A stretch of DNA of 64,000 nt from an uncultured Gemmatimonadales bacterium (GTDB lineage: Bacteria > Gemmatimonadota > Gemmatimonadetes > Gemmatimonadales > GWC2-71-9). Below the pieces are notes generated by a model. The model saw nothing but the letters and a program-made list of their open reading frames with translations. It did not search any database and was not told where the DNA came from. The DNA lies in the NCBI GenBank assembly GCA_963771275.1, contig CAVYSW010000003.1, positions 1,696,001 through 1,760,000 of the forward strand, given 5' to 3'. Shown one piece after another: positions 39,305-50,688 of this stretch. The stretch's first letter is position 1. The number at the start of each line of letters is the position of its first letter. Both the position numbers and the translations under genes were made by a program.

Positions 39305-40265
39305 TTAAGACGCATCCGCTTCCTGGCCTCCGCGCTTCCCGCTGATCCAGATGAACGGCGGCCACGCCCCGGCGATGAGGTGGTCGCGCAGGGCCCTCAC
39401 CAGTCGGGGGACGGGGCGGTAGCTCTCCCAGTGCGTGACCTGCCGAGGCAGGAGGTTGAGCCACACACCGACCATCTCCTCCCACCTGGCGCCACGCGGG
39501 GTGAAGTGGAGCCGGACATGGGGGTGGCGTGCCTCGTAGTCCTGCGCGCCACGTCGTGGGTACAGCGCGCGCTCGCTGAGGATCGCGTGGAGCTCGGCGC
39601 CGGAATCCACGGCGAGAGCGTCGAGAAACCGGAATACGTCCGCCCGGGGATCGTCTCTCCGCTCCCTCGAGGAGCGCAACCCGCCCGCGACTGCCGCGAA
39701 GACGCTGGTGAACTCCGGCAGGGCTTCGTTGCCCGGCCTTGCGCGCGCCGAGTTGCACGAGAACACGAACGCGGGGTCCCTCGCCCGCAGATGAACGCCG
39801 GCGATGCCCTCGACCCGGAGCGGCGTGAGCGGTGACCGCACACCGGTGGGCGACCCCAGCCGGTGTTCGCTGAGGATCTCACGCACGCGGTGCAAGGACA
39901 CTGCGGTGCGGTGGGCAAGGGCGGGGATCGCCGGAGGCCGACGCCCGCGCACCGCGGCGCGAAGCGCCAGCGCCACCACTCGCATCGCACTGCGGAGCGG
40001 CAGCCCTCGGAGGCCTGCCGGACTTGGGACGGTCTGCCAAGCCGGCCAGCCTCCCCGCGAGGAAGCGCGCGCGCAATCGGCTCACGTGCACAGTGGTGTA
40101 TCCGGTCCGACGAGCGATCTCCTCAGCCGGCAGCCCCGTGCCGAGCAGCAGCACGGCGTAGGCGCGGCGGCGCCGGCCGGCGGACCCGCCCGAGCCGCCG
40201 GCGAGCGCCGTCAACTCGCGGCGCTCGTCTCGGCTCAACCCGACATAATGCCGAGGCTCAGTCAT
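39305..40265 (-). mobile_element. IS630-family transposase relic (two frames, degenerate DDE)
   Basis: HTH frame: LSRDERREL...RARFLAGRLAGLADRPKSGRPPR; second frame: ELHAIL...RHPHVRLHFTP...PFIW. No terminal repeats recognised. Confidence 0.75.
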
Positions 40266-40406
40266 GGATCCGCTCTCGCTCAATACCCAATCCCTAGATG
40301 CCGCTGGAAGGCCAGTCGTTACCACCACACCCGTCTTTACACCTACCACCCACGCGGATACTATCCCCCGGGGTCCTGTCAATTTGACCGACTGCCGCCC
40401 ACGGAC

Positions 40407-41314
40407 ATGCCGAAACGAGACTTCCTAGCCATCCCGGACTTCCGCCGCGAGGAGATCGTGGCGCTGTTCGATCTCGCCGCCCGGATGAAGAGCGGGGAGT
40501 ACCGCGCCAAGCCGCTCGCCGGGAAGACCCTGGGGATGATCTTCACCAAGAGCAGCACACGGACCCGCGTGTCGTTCGAAGTGGGAGCCTACGAGCTCGG
40601 CGGGCACGCGCTGTTCCTCTCGTCGCGCGACATCCAGATCGGCCGCGGTGAGCCGATCAAGGACACGGCGCGGGTGCTGTCGCGCTACGTGGACGGGCTG
40701 ATGATCCGCACGTTCGCGCACGCCGATGTGGTGGAGCTCGCCCGGTTCGCCAGCATCCCCGTGATCAACGGGCTCACCGACCTGCTGCACCCGTGCCAGG
40801 TGCTCACCGACGTGTTCACGATGCGGGAGCACCTCGGAGGGTGGGAGGGGAAGGTGGTCGCCTGGATCGGGGACGGGAACAACATGGCCAACTCGTGGCT
40901 CAACGCGGCCGCGGTGCTCGGCTTCGAGCTGCGGCTCGCCTGCCCCGAGGGCTACGAGCCCAACCACGAGATCTTCGAGTTCGCCAAGGCGCGGGCCCCG
41001 GTGACCATCACCGAAGACATCGAGGAAGCTGTGGAAGGGGCCCACGTGGTGAACACCGACGTCTGGGCGTCGATGGGTCAGGAGGGAGAGGCGGAGCAGC
41101 GGGCCCTCGCGTTCCGCGGCTACCAGGTGAGCGCGGAGCTCATGCGGCTGGCCGACCCCAAGGCCATCTTCCTCCACTGCCTGCCGGCGCACCGGGGGGA
41201 AGAGGTCACGGAAGAGGTGTTCGAGGGGCCACAGTCCCGCGTATTCGATCAGGCGGAGAACCGGCTGCACGTGCAGAAGGCGATTCTCGCGACGTTGATG
41301 GGAGGGGGAAGCAC

Positions 41315-41318
<4 letters not shown>
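40407..41318 (+). CDS. argF: Ornithine carbamoyltransferase
   Basis: KSSTRTRVSF, HPCQ, GDGNN, DVWASMG, HCLP. Confidence 0.95.
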
Positions 41319-42424
<1,106 letters not shown>

Positions 42425-42430
42425 CCGGCC

Positions 42431-42916
42431 ATGGTGCGCGTCGCGGTACTGACCGTGTCCGACCTCGGAGCGGCCGGCCGGCGGGCGGACGCGTCGGGCG
42501 ACGCGATCGCCGCCTGGGCGGCCGGCCGGGGCTTCACGCTCGCGGCACGGGACGTGGTGCCCGACGAGAGCGATCGCATTGCGGGGACGCTGGCGCGGTG
42601 GGCCGATGACGGCGTCGCCGATCTCATCCTCACGACGGGGGGTACCGGACTCGCACCGCGGGACGTGACCCCGGAGGCGACCCGGGCGGTGCTCGAGCGG
42701 GAGGCCCCCGGCATCGCCGAGGCGATCCGCGCCGCCGCCCGCGGCGCCGTGCCGCGGGCGGCACTGTCGCGCGGCCTGGCCGGCGCTCGCGCCGCGGCGC
42801 TGATCGTCAACCTCCCCGGCAGCCCCGCCGGCGTGCGGGACGGACTCGGCGTGCTCGATCCGCTGGTCGAGCACGCCGTGCAGCTGCTCACCGGATCGCC
42901 CACCGATCACGCATGA
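42431..42916 (+). CDS. MogA/MoaB-family molybdopterin biosynthesis protein
   Basis: LTVSD, TTGGTGLAPRDVTPEAT, LSRG, NLPGSP. Confidence 0.9.
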   Translation: MVRVAVLTVSDLGAAGRRADASGDAIAAWAAGRGFTLAARDVVPDESDRIAGTLARWADDGVADLILTTGGTGLAPRDVTPEATRAVLEREAPGIAEAIRAAARGAVPRAALSRGLAGARAAALIVNLPGSPAGVRDGLGVLDPLVEHAVQLLTGSPTDHA

Positions 42917-44433
42917 CCGGCCGCGTGGTGGTCACGATGGACGACCTCGAGGTCGCCGTCCCGCTCAACGCCGGGCTGGAAGCGGCCGCCTTGCACACCA
43001 CGCTGGTCTCCTCGCTCGACGACGTGCGCGCCGCGGTGCGCCGCGCCGATCCCGAGGTCATCGTGCTGACGGGCGCGCTGCACGAGCGGCCCGCCGCGGA
43101 GCTGGTCGGTCTGGCGCGCGGCCGCTCGATCTCGACGCTCGGCCTGCTCGAGGCGACCGACCACGAGCCCGCCCGCCTGGCGCAGGACATCGGTCTCACG
43201 GTGTGGATGCAGAAGCCCGTCGACCCCGGCGACGTGGCGGCGGTCGTCCAGCGGCTGATCGAGCGGCGGCAGCTGCAGGAGCGCACGGGGATCCTGGGCG
43301 ACAGTCCCCCCGTGCAGGAAGTGCTCGTGAAGATCGAGCAGATGGCGCCCGTCTCGAGCACGCTGCTGATCGAAGGGGAGTCGGGGACGGGGAAGGAGCT
43401 CGTGGCGCAGGCGATCCACAGCCTCTCGCCGCGCCGCGACAAGCCGTTCGTCGCCGTGAACTGCGCCGCGCTGCCGGAAACGCTGCTGGAGTCCGAGCTG
43501 TTCGGGCACGAGAAGGGATCGTTCACGGGCGCGGCCGAGCGGCGGCTCGGCCGCTTCGAGCTGGCAAACGGCGGCACGCTGTTCCTCGACGAGGTGGGAG
43601 AGATGCCGCCCGCCGTCCAGGTGAAGCTGCTCCGGGTGCTGGAGACGCGCAGCTTCTTCCGGGTCGGCGGCGTCCAGCCGATCCGCGTGGACGTGCGCGT
43701 GATTGCGGCCACCAACCGGTCGCTCAAGGACGCCGTGGCAGTGGGGCAGTTCCGCGACGACCTGTTCTACCGGTTGAACGTGCTGTACATCTACCTGCCA
43801 CCGCTGCGCGAGCGGCGCGGCGACATCCCGATCCTCGTCCATCGCTTCGTCCGGGACCTGAGCCGCCAGCACGGACGGGAGTTTCGCGGCATCACCCGGG
43901 AGGCGATCGAGCTGCTCGCCCGCACCCCCTGGCCCGGCAACGTGCGCCAGCTCCACAATCTCATCGAGTCGATGGTGGTGCTCGCGCCGGGACGCGAGAT
44001 CGGGGCCCTCGACATCCCGCCCGACATTCGCGATGGCGGGGCGCGACTGCTCCCGGTGCGCCTGCCGGAGACGTCGCGCGACATCACCGGACAGGAGCTG
44101 GAGTTCATCTTCCGCTCGCTGGTGGAGCTCAAGGTCCAGATCGAGGACCTGCGGCGGCGGCTCGACGAGACCGACCACCCGGTCGAAGTGATCGACGTGC
44201 GGCGGACCCCGCTGCACGGCGACGATCTCGTCCGCGCGCGGGACGGCGGCCCGCGTGAGCCCGAGCCGAGTGCGGTGCTCTACCGCGCGGGCATGAAGAT
44301 GACCGACGTGGAGCGTGCGGCGATCGAGGCGGCGCTGGAAGAGACCGGCGGGAACCGGCGCAAGGCCGCGGAGCGGCTGGCGATCGGCGAGCGGACGCTG
44401 TACCGCAAGATCAGGGAGTACGGGTTGGACTGA
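42913..44433 (+). CDS. sigma54-dependent activator with atypical receiver-like domain
   Basis: [42 protein letters not shown]. Confidence 0.88.
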   Translation: MTGRVVVTMDDLEVAVPLNAGLEAAALHTTLVSSLDDVRAAVRRADPEVIVLTGALHERPAAELVGLARGRSISTLGLLEATDHEPARLAQDIGLTVWMQKPVDPGDVAAVVQRLIERRQLQERTGILGDSPPVQEVLVKIEQMAPVSSTLLIEGESGTGKELVAQAIHSLSPRRDKPFVAVNCAALPETLLESELFGHEKGSFTGAAERRLGRFELANGGTLFLDEVGEMPPAVQVKLLRVLETRSFFRVGGVQPIRVDVRVIAATNRSLKDAVAVGQFRDDLFYRLNVLYIYLPPLRERRGDIPILVHRFVRDLSRQHGREFRGITREAIELLARTPWPGNVRQLHNLIESMVVLAPGREIGALDIPPDIRDGGARLLPVRLPETSRDITGQELEFIFRSLVELKVQIEDLRRRLDETDHPVEVIDVRRTPLHGDDLVRARDGGPREPEPSAVLYRAGMKMTDVERAAIEAALEETGGNRRKAAERLAIGERTLYRKIREYGLD

Positions 44434-44507
44434 AATGCAAAGTGAAAAGTGAAAAGTGAAAAGCGCCGCCCCCGCCGCCCCTGCCGCTTCTGCCGCTTCT
44501 GCCGCTT
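44433..44507. repeat. Heptamer (AAGTGAA x3-4) plus nonamer (CTGCCGCTT x3) tandem repeats
   Basis: aaatgca aagtgaa aagtgaa aagtgaa aag ... ctgccgctt ctgccgctt ctgccgctt. Confidence 0.7.
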
Positions 44508-45245
44508 CGTCACTCGCCGCACTCTCGGCCTCGGTGATCGCGTGCCGCGCCTGCCCCCGCCTCGTGGCGTGGCGCGAGCGCGTCGCGCGCGAGAAGCGGC
44601 GCGCCTTCCGCGCGTGGGATTACTGGGGCCGCCCCGTGCCGGGGTTCGGCGATCCGCGCGCCCGGATGCTGATCGTCGGGCTTGCGCCGGCGGCACACGG
44701 TGCCAACCGCACGGGCCGGATGTTCACCGGCGACCAGAGTGGCGATTGGCTGTACGCCGCCCTGCACCGGTTCGGCTTTGCCAGTCAGGCCGGCTCCGCG
44801 GCGCGCGATGACGGGCTCGCGCTGGCGGACTGCTATGTCACCGCCGCCGCACGATGCGCCCCGCCGGGCAACCGGCCGACCGGCGAGGAGCTGACGCGCT
44901 GTCGGGGGTACCTCGCGGGCGAGATCGCGCTGCTCCGCCGCGTGCGCCTCGTCGTGACCCTCGGCCGGGTGGCCCACGAGGCGTGGCTCCGGGCAGCGGG
45001 CTGGTGGCACGCGCTGGCGCCCGCCCAGCGACCGGCGTTCGCGCACGGCGCCCTGACGACGCTGCCTGACGGGATCCGCGCTGCTCAGCGCCTACCACCC
45101 CAGCCGGCAGAACACCAACACGGGCCGCCTCACCCGCGCCATGTGGCACGCGATCTTCCGACGGGCGCGGGGCGTGCTGGACGATGCCGGCCCGCGAGGG
45201 AGCGCGGACGGAGAGAGAGCGAGGGGGGCTGGGAGGGAGCGATGA
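44456..45245 (+). pseudogene. Family-5 (UdgB-like) uracil-DNA glycosylase with a frameshift at about 45077
   Basis: CRACPRL, GLAPAAHGANRTGRMFTGD, RCAPP; the conserved YHPSRQNTNTGRLT lies in the shifted frame, which ends at TGA 45245. Confidence 0.8.
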
Positions 45246-46231
45246 GGGCCATGCTGCTCGAGCGGCAACGCGCGCCGCTCCGGGAGGCCGCCATGGACGT
45301 GCCGCGGCCGGGGCCGGGCCAGGTGCTGCTCCGGGTCGGCGCCTGCGGGGTGTGCCGCACCGATCTCCACGTCGCCGACGGCGACCTGCCGGATCCCAAG
45401 CTGCCGCTCGTGCTGGGCCACGAGATCGTGGGGGTGGTGGCAGCGGCCGGGGCGGGCGCCGCGCGGTTTCCCGTCGGCGCGCGGGTCGGCGTGCCCTGGC
45501 TGGGCTGGACCTGCGGCGCGTGCCGCTACTGCCGCGCGGGGCGGGAGAACCTCTGCGACCGCGCGCGGTTCACCGGCTATCACCTGGACGGCGGCTACGC
45601 GGAGTACGCGCTGGCCGACGAGCGGTTCTGCGTGCCCCTGCCGGGAACGCTGTCGGACGCGCACGTGGCGCCGCTCTTGTGCGCGGGCCTGATCGGCTAC
45701 CGCGCGTACCGCGCGGCGGGTGAGGGCGAGCGGCTCGGCCTCTACGGCTTCGGCGCGGCGGCCCACATCATCGCCCAGGTGGCGATGCACGACGGGCGAA
45801 GGGTATACGCGTTCACCCGGGCGGGCGACCGCGCCGCCCAGGATCTGGCGCTCGGTCTGGGCGCGGCCTGGGCGGGCGGGTCGGACCAGACGCCGCCCGA
45901 ACCGCTGGACGCGGCGATCGTGTTCGCGCCGGTCGGCGGGCTCGTGCCGGTCGCCCTGCGCGCGGTCATCAAGGGGGGCACCGTCGTGTGCGCCGGGATC
46001 CACATGAGCGACATCCCGGCGTTTCCCTACGAGGTCCTCTGGGGCGAGCGCGTGCTCCGCTCCGTGGCCAACCTCACCCGGCGGGACGGCGAGGAGTTCT
46101 TCGCCGCCGTGGCGGCGGCGCCGGTGGAGACCACGGTGGAGCTGTACCCGCTGGCGGCCGCCGACCGCGCCCTGGACGACCTCCGGTCGGGGCGTCTGCG
46201 GGGAGCGGCGGTGCTCGCCGTGCGGGAATGA
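45242..46231 (+). CDS. Zinc-dependent alcohol dehydrogenase
   Basis: ACGVCRTD, GHE, CGACRYC...C, GLYGFGAAAH; RBS GGAGGGAG before ATG 45242. Confidence 0.9.
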   Translation: MRAMLLERQRAPLREAAMDVPRPGPGQVLLRVGACGVCRTDLHVADGDLPDPKLPLVLGHEIVGVVAAAGAGAARFPVGARVGVPWLGWTCGACRYCRAGRENLCDRARFTGYHLDGGYAEYALADERFCVPLPGTLSDAHVAPLLCAGLIGYRAYRAAGEGERLGLYGFGAAAHIIAQVAMHDGRRVYAFTRAGDRAAQDLALGLGAAWAGGSDQTPPEPLDAAIVFAPVGGLVPVALRAVIKGGTVVCAGIHMSDIPAFPYEVLWGERVLRSVANLTRRDGEEFFAAVAAAPVETTVELYPLAAADRALDDLRSGRLRGAAVLAVRE

Positions 46232-46283
46232 ACCTTCGGGCGGAGTCCGTGTAAGACAAGCCGCCAGCAGCCAAAACGAGACC

Positions 46284-47225
46284 ATGTCACTGCTCAATCT
46301 GGATGGCGTCGGCAAGCGGTTCGGAGCCGTCGTCGCCGTCGATGGCGTCGACGCGTCGGTGGACCGCGGGGAAGTCGTCGGCTTCCTCGGGCCGAACGGC
46401 GCCGGGAAATCCACCACCATGCGGATGATCACGCAGTTCCTCGAGCCGGATCGCGGGGCGATCCGGCTGGACGGCGTGCCGCTGGCCCAGGCCGGGCGCG
46501 AGGCCAAGCGCCGCATCGGGTACCTGCCGGAGAACAATCCGCTCTACACCGACATGCTCGTGGCGGACTACCTCGGCTTCATCGTGCGCCTGCGGGAGAT
46601 TCCCCAGCCGGCGCGCCGCGGCGCGATCGACCGCGCGGTGGCGCGCACGGGCGTGGAGAGCGTGTACTACCGCAGCATCGGCGAGCTGTCGAAAGGGTTC
46701 AAGCAGCGCGTCGGGCTCGCCCAGGCGATCGTGCACGAGCCGGACCTGCTGGTGCTCGACGAGCCCACCGAGGGCCTCGATCCCAACCAGCGGGTCGAGA
46801 TCCGTCGCCTGATCGGCGACCTCGGCCGCGAACGGACCGTGATCCTGTCCACGCACGTGCTCTCCGAGGCGCAGCACACCTGCTCCCGCCTGCTGATCAT
46901 CAACCGCGGGCGCCTCGTGGCCGACGGGCCCGTGGGACAGCTCGTGGCCCAGGCCCAGGGGCTGGCGCAGGTGGGTGTGGAGATCGCCGGCGCCGGCGTG
47001 GCCGATGCGATTCGCGCGCTCCCGGGCGTCACGCTGGTCGAGGAGCGGGGCGCGCTCGACGGGCGCGTGCGGCTCGGCGTCAGCGCGCAGGGGGAGACGG
47101 ACGTCCGGCCGGCGATCTTCCGGCTGGCCCACGAGCGCGGCTGGACGCTGTACGAGCTGCACGAGGAGGGTGGCAGCCTCGAGGCGCTGTTCCGGCAGCT
47201 GACCACCGAAGGGGGGCGCGCATGA
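46284..47225 (+). CDS. ABC transporter ATP-binding protein (GldA-like)
   Basis: GPNGAGKST, LSKGFKQR, LDEPT, STH. Confidence 0.9.
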   Translation: MSLLNLDGVGKRFGAVVAVDGVDASVDRGEVVGFLGPNGAGKSTTMRMITQFLEPDRGAIRLDGVPLAQAGREAKRRIGYLPENNPLYTDMLVADYLGFIVRLREIPQPARRGAIDRAVARTGVESVYYRSIGELSKGFKQRVGLAQAIVHEPDLLVLDEPTEGLDPNQRVEIRRLIGDLGRERTVILSTHVLSEAQHTCSRLLIINRGRLVADGPVGQLVAQAQGLAQVGVEIAGAGVADAIRALPGVTLVEERGALDGRVRLGVSAQGETDVRPAIFRLAHERGWTLYELHEEGGSLEALFRQLTTEGGRA

Positions 47226-49474
47226 GTCGCGTCTGGACGGTGGGCCGCCGCGAGCTCACGGCGCTGTTCGACGCGCCGACGGGTTATATCCTGCTGATCG
47301 TCTTCCTCGCGGTCAACAACTTCCTGTTCTTCCGGCAGGCGTTCCTCATCGGCGTGGCGTCGCTCCGGCCAATGCTCGACCTGCTGCCCTGGATCCTGCT
47401 GTTCCTCGTGCCGGCGGTCACGATGCGCTCGCTCGCCGACGAGGTCAGGAGCGGCACGATCGAGGTGGTGCTGGCGCAGCCGATCACGGAGCTCGAGCTC
47501 GTGCTGGGCAAGTACCTCGGGGTCCTGCTGTTCCTGTGGTGCGGGCTGGCGCTCACGCTCGGGCTGCCGCTGGGGTTCGCGCTGGGGGCCCACCTGCCGA
47601 TCGGGGTGATCGCGGCGCAGTACGTCGGCGCGCTGCTGCTCGTGGCCGGGCTCACGGCGGTGGGCCTGTGGACCTCGAGCCTCACGCGCAACCAGATCAC
47701 CGCGTTCATCGTGGGCGTGGGGGTCATGTTCGTGCTGGTGCTGATCGGCCTCGATCCGCTGATCGTGGGGCTGCCACCCGTGCTCGGCGCCCTCGCCGCG
47801 CGGCTCGGCGTGCTGTCGCACTTCGAGAGCATCGGCCGGGGCGTGATCGACCTGCGGGACGTGGTGTACTTCGGCTCGCTCGCGGCCCTGTTCCTGGTGC
47901 TGAGCTACGCGGCGGTGCTGGCGCGCAAGCTGCCGGCCGGGGCGCCCGCCGCCCGCCGCCTCCAGGCGGGGACCGCGGCGCTCGCGGCGGTCGTGGTCGT
48001 CGTCAACCTGCTCGGCGGCTACATCGGCGGCCGGCTCGACCTCACGCCGGGACGGGCCTACACCCTCTCGCCCGCGACGCGCGCGCTGGTGCGGAACGCG
48101 GGCGACATCGTGACGCTCGAGCTGTTCGCGTCGCGCGAGCTGCCGCCCGAGATCTCGCTGCTGAAGCGCGACGTCGACGACATGCTGCGCGACCTGCGGG
48201 CGGCCGGCCACGGCAACGTGCGGATCATCGAGCGCGACCCCGCCGAGGACCAGCAGGCCAAGGACGCGGCCCAGGCGGCGGGCATCCCGCCGATCCAGTT
48301 CAACGTGATCGGGCAGTCGCAGCTCCAGATCCGCCAGGGTTACATGGGCCTCGCAATCCGCTACGCGAATTCGCAGGAGGCGATCCCGGTGATCCAGCGG
48401 ACCGACGATCTGGAGTACCGGATCGCGTCCGCCATCCGGTCGATGACCCGCACGGGCAAGCCGGTCGTCGGGTTGGTGATCGATCCCTCGGCCGCGGCGA
48501 TGGGCCAGCGCACCTACCAGGGGCTGCGGGGCGAGCTGGCGAAGACCTACGACGTGCGCAGCGTGTCGCTCGCCCAGGACTCCGCGCCGACGCGTGATGT
48601 CCGGGCCCTGCTGCTCGTGGGGTCGCCGGATTCGCTGCCCGCCGGCGAGGCGGAGCGGCTCAGGGCGTATCTCGCGGGCGGGGGCGCGGCCCTGGTGATG
48701 GCCGGCGGCATGGCGATCGATCCGCAGCAGCCGTACTTCGCGACGCCGCGCCCCGTGACGTGGGACGCCGTGCTCCAGGACTACGGCGTGACGATCCGGC
48801 CGGATATGGTGTACGACCTGCTCGCCAACGAGAGCGTCGCGCTGCCGACCCAGTACGGCCGGCTGCTCACGCAGTACCCGCTGTGGGTTCGGGCCGCCGG
48901 GACCGGCCGGTCGGTGGTGAACGAGGAGATCGCCTCGCTGTTCCTGCCGTGGACCAGCTCGATCGACACGACGGGCGCGCGGGCGGGGACGGTGACGCCG
49001 CTGTTCGTGTCGAGCCGCGCCGGCGGCATCTCCGCCAGCGAGACGCTGCTCGATCCCCAGCGGCACTTCGCCACCGATAGCCTCGCGTCCCGCCTGCTCG
49101 CCGTGCTCGTCAATCCGCTCAGCCCGCTGGTGTCGGGCGACACCGCGGGACCGCGCGGCCGGCTCGTCGTCGTGGGCAACGAGGAGTTCGCCTCCGACCG
49201 GCAGGCGCGCTCCGTGCCGGAGAACCTCACGTTCGTGCTGAACGCGGTGGACTGGCTGGCGCAGGACGAGGGGCTGATCGCGATCCGGTCGAAGGACCGG
49301 CGCCCGCCGCCGCTCGCCTTGAGCGAGGGCACGCGCGGCGCCGTGAAATACGCCAACGTGGTCGGGATGCCGCTGCTCGTGGGCCTCGCGGGTCTCGCGC
49401 GGCTCGTGGGCCGGCGGAGAACCATGCGACGGACGTACACACCGGGCACGGCCGCCGGAGGAGGGGCCGCATGA
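47222..49474 (+). CDS. ABC-2 permease fused to an auxiliary domain (GldF-GldG-like)
   Basis: Multiple TMs (DEVRSGTIE, TRNQITA, GVIDLRD), then RLDLT...YTLS and NAVDWL. Confidence 0.8.
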   Translation: MSRVWTVGRRELTALFDAPTGYILLIVFLAVNNFLFFRQAFLIGVASLRPMLDLLPWILLFLVPAVTMRSLADEVRSGTIEVVLAQPITELELVLGKYLGVLLFLWCGLALTLGLPLGFALGAHLPIGVIAAQYVGALLLVAGLTAVGLWTSSLTRNQITAFIVGVGVMFVLVLIGLDPLIVGLPPVLGALAARLGVLSHFESIGRGVIDLRDVVYFGSLAALFLVLSYAAVLARKLPAGAPAARRLQAGTAALAAVVVVVNLLGGYIGGRLDLTPGRAYTLSPATRALVRNAGDIVTLELFASRELPPEISLLKRDVDDMLRDLRAAGHGNVRIIERDPAEDQQAKDAAQAAGIPPIQFNVIGQSQLQIRQGYMGLAIRYANSQEAIPVIQRTDDLEYRIASAIRSMTRTGKPVVGLVIDPSAAAMGQRTYQGLRGELAKTYDVRSVSLAQDSAPTRDVRALLLVGSPDSLPAGEAERLRAYLAGGGAALVMAGGMAIDPQQPYFATPRPVTWDAVLQDYGVTIRPDMVYDLLANESVALPTQYGRLLTQYPLWVRAAGTGRSVVNEEIASLFLPWTSSIDTTGARAGTVTPLFVSSRAGGISASETLLDPQRHFATDSLASRLLAVLVNPLSPLVSGDTAGPRGRLVVVGNEEFASDRQARSVPENLTFVLNAVDWLAQDEGLIAIRSKDRRPPPLALSEGTRGAVKYANVVGMPLLVGLAGLARLVGRRRTMRRTYTPGTAAGGGAA

Positions 49475-50376
49475 GTCCCGCCGCACTCAAGCGCGCGCTG
49501 CTGGCGCTGGCGGTGCTGCTGGTTGCCTGGGGAGGGCTCGCGCTGTTCCGCCGCTCGATGAGCGACGCGCCGCTGGCGCTCGCGCTCCCCAAGCTGAGCG
49601 CGGCGGACATCGACCGGATCACGATCACGGCGCCCGGCGACACGATCGACCTCAGGAGCACCGCGAGCGGCTGGCAGGCCAACGGGTACGCGGCGGCGGC
49701 CGGCTCGGTGGACGACCTGATCGCCGCGCTGTCGGACACGGGCAACGCGAGCGAGCTGGTCGCGCGGAGCGCCGCCTCGCACGCCCGCATGGGGGTGGAC
49801 ACGGCGGGCGGCCGGCGGGTGCGGTTCTTCAAGGGAGATCGCGCGCTCGCCGACGTGATCGTCGGGAGCCAGGGTCGCTCGTTCCAGACCGCCTACGTCC
49901 GGTTGGCCGGGGACGACGACGTCTACCTGCTGCACGGGCGGCTGCCGAGCCTCGCGGCGCGCGACCTCGACGCATGGCGCGACCGGCGGATCGCGGCGGT
50001 CCCCGCCGACAGCGTGCGATCGGTGGAGGTGGCGCGCGGCGGGCGGCGCTGGGTGCTGTCGCGGGCGGATGGTGCCTGGCGGCTCGGCGCGGCGGCGGCG
50101 GATTCCGGAGCGGTCGCCCGGCTGCTCCAGGGCATGGGCGACGTGAGCGCGCTGGGCTTCGCCACCGTCGCGCAGGCGGAGTCGCTGGACTTCGCGCATC
50201 CCAAGCGCGCGCTGACGGTGTTGGGCGGCTCGAGCGACACGCTGCTCCGCCTGCTGTTCGATTCGACGGCGGGCGGCTCGTGGGTGCGTCGCGCGACGGG
50301 CGGCCCGGTGTACCGGCTGGATTTCTGGCGGCTCGATCAGCTGACGCCGAGCGACAGCACGCTGCGGAAGAAATAG
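49471..50376 (+). CDS. DUF4340-like membrane-anchored protein
   Basis: N-terminal TM, YVR...VY...WRDRRI repeat; usual position after a GldG-like gene. Confidence 0.65.
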   Translation: MSPAALKRALLALAVLLVAWGGLALFRRSMSDAPLALALPKLSAADIDRITITAPGDTIDLRSTASGWQANGYAAAAGSVDDLIAALSDTGNASELVARSAASHARMGVDTAGGRRVRFFKGDRALADVIVGSQGRSFQTAYVRLAGDDDVYLLHGRLPSLAARDLDAWRDRRIAAVPADSVRSVEVARGGRRWVLSRADGAWRLGAAAADSGAVARLLQGMGDVSALGFATVAQAESLDFAHPKRALTVLGGSSDTLLRLLFDSTAGGSWVRRATGGPVYRLDFWRLDQLTPSDSTLRKK

Positions 50377-50688
50377 GGACGATTCTCCTCGCGTTTCTCC
50401 TCCGTTCCGGGCGGCCGGTGCGCGCCGGAACGGGGGATCCGCAGCCTCCCAGTGGCATACTCTCTGCTCCCCTAAGGCACGCTCCAAGGCACAGGCCCCC
50501 GACGAAGGGGCGTGTGTGGAGTGTGCGCAACAAGGGTTGAACCCTGGCGTGGCGGAGGGGGCATAAGTTGCATCCTTTCAACACGTTGAGTCGCATTCGG
50601 CCATTGACATCCCCGGGGCGGCAACGCCAATGTTGCCGGGCGTTGCCGTCCTCGGAACCCACGCATTTCGCGCTAGGTCGGCTGCATC

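Noticed and set aside
44456..46231. 591-aa UDG-ADH fusion as a novel enzyme
   Set aside because: Explained by one frameshift; the ADH has its own RBS and ATG.
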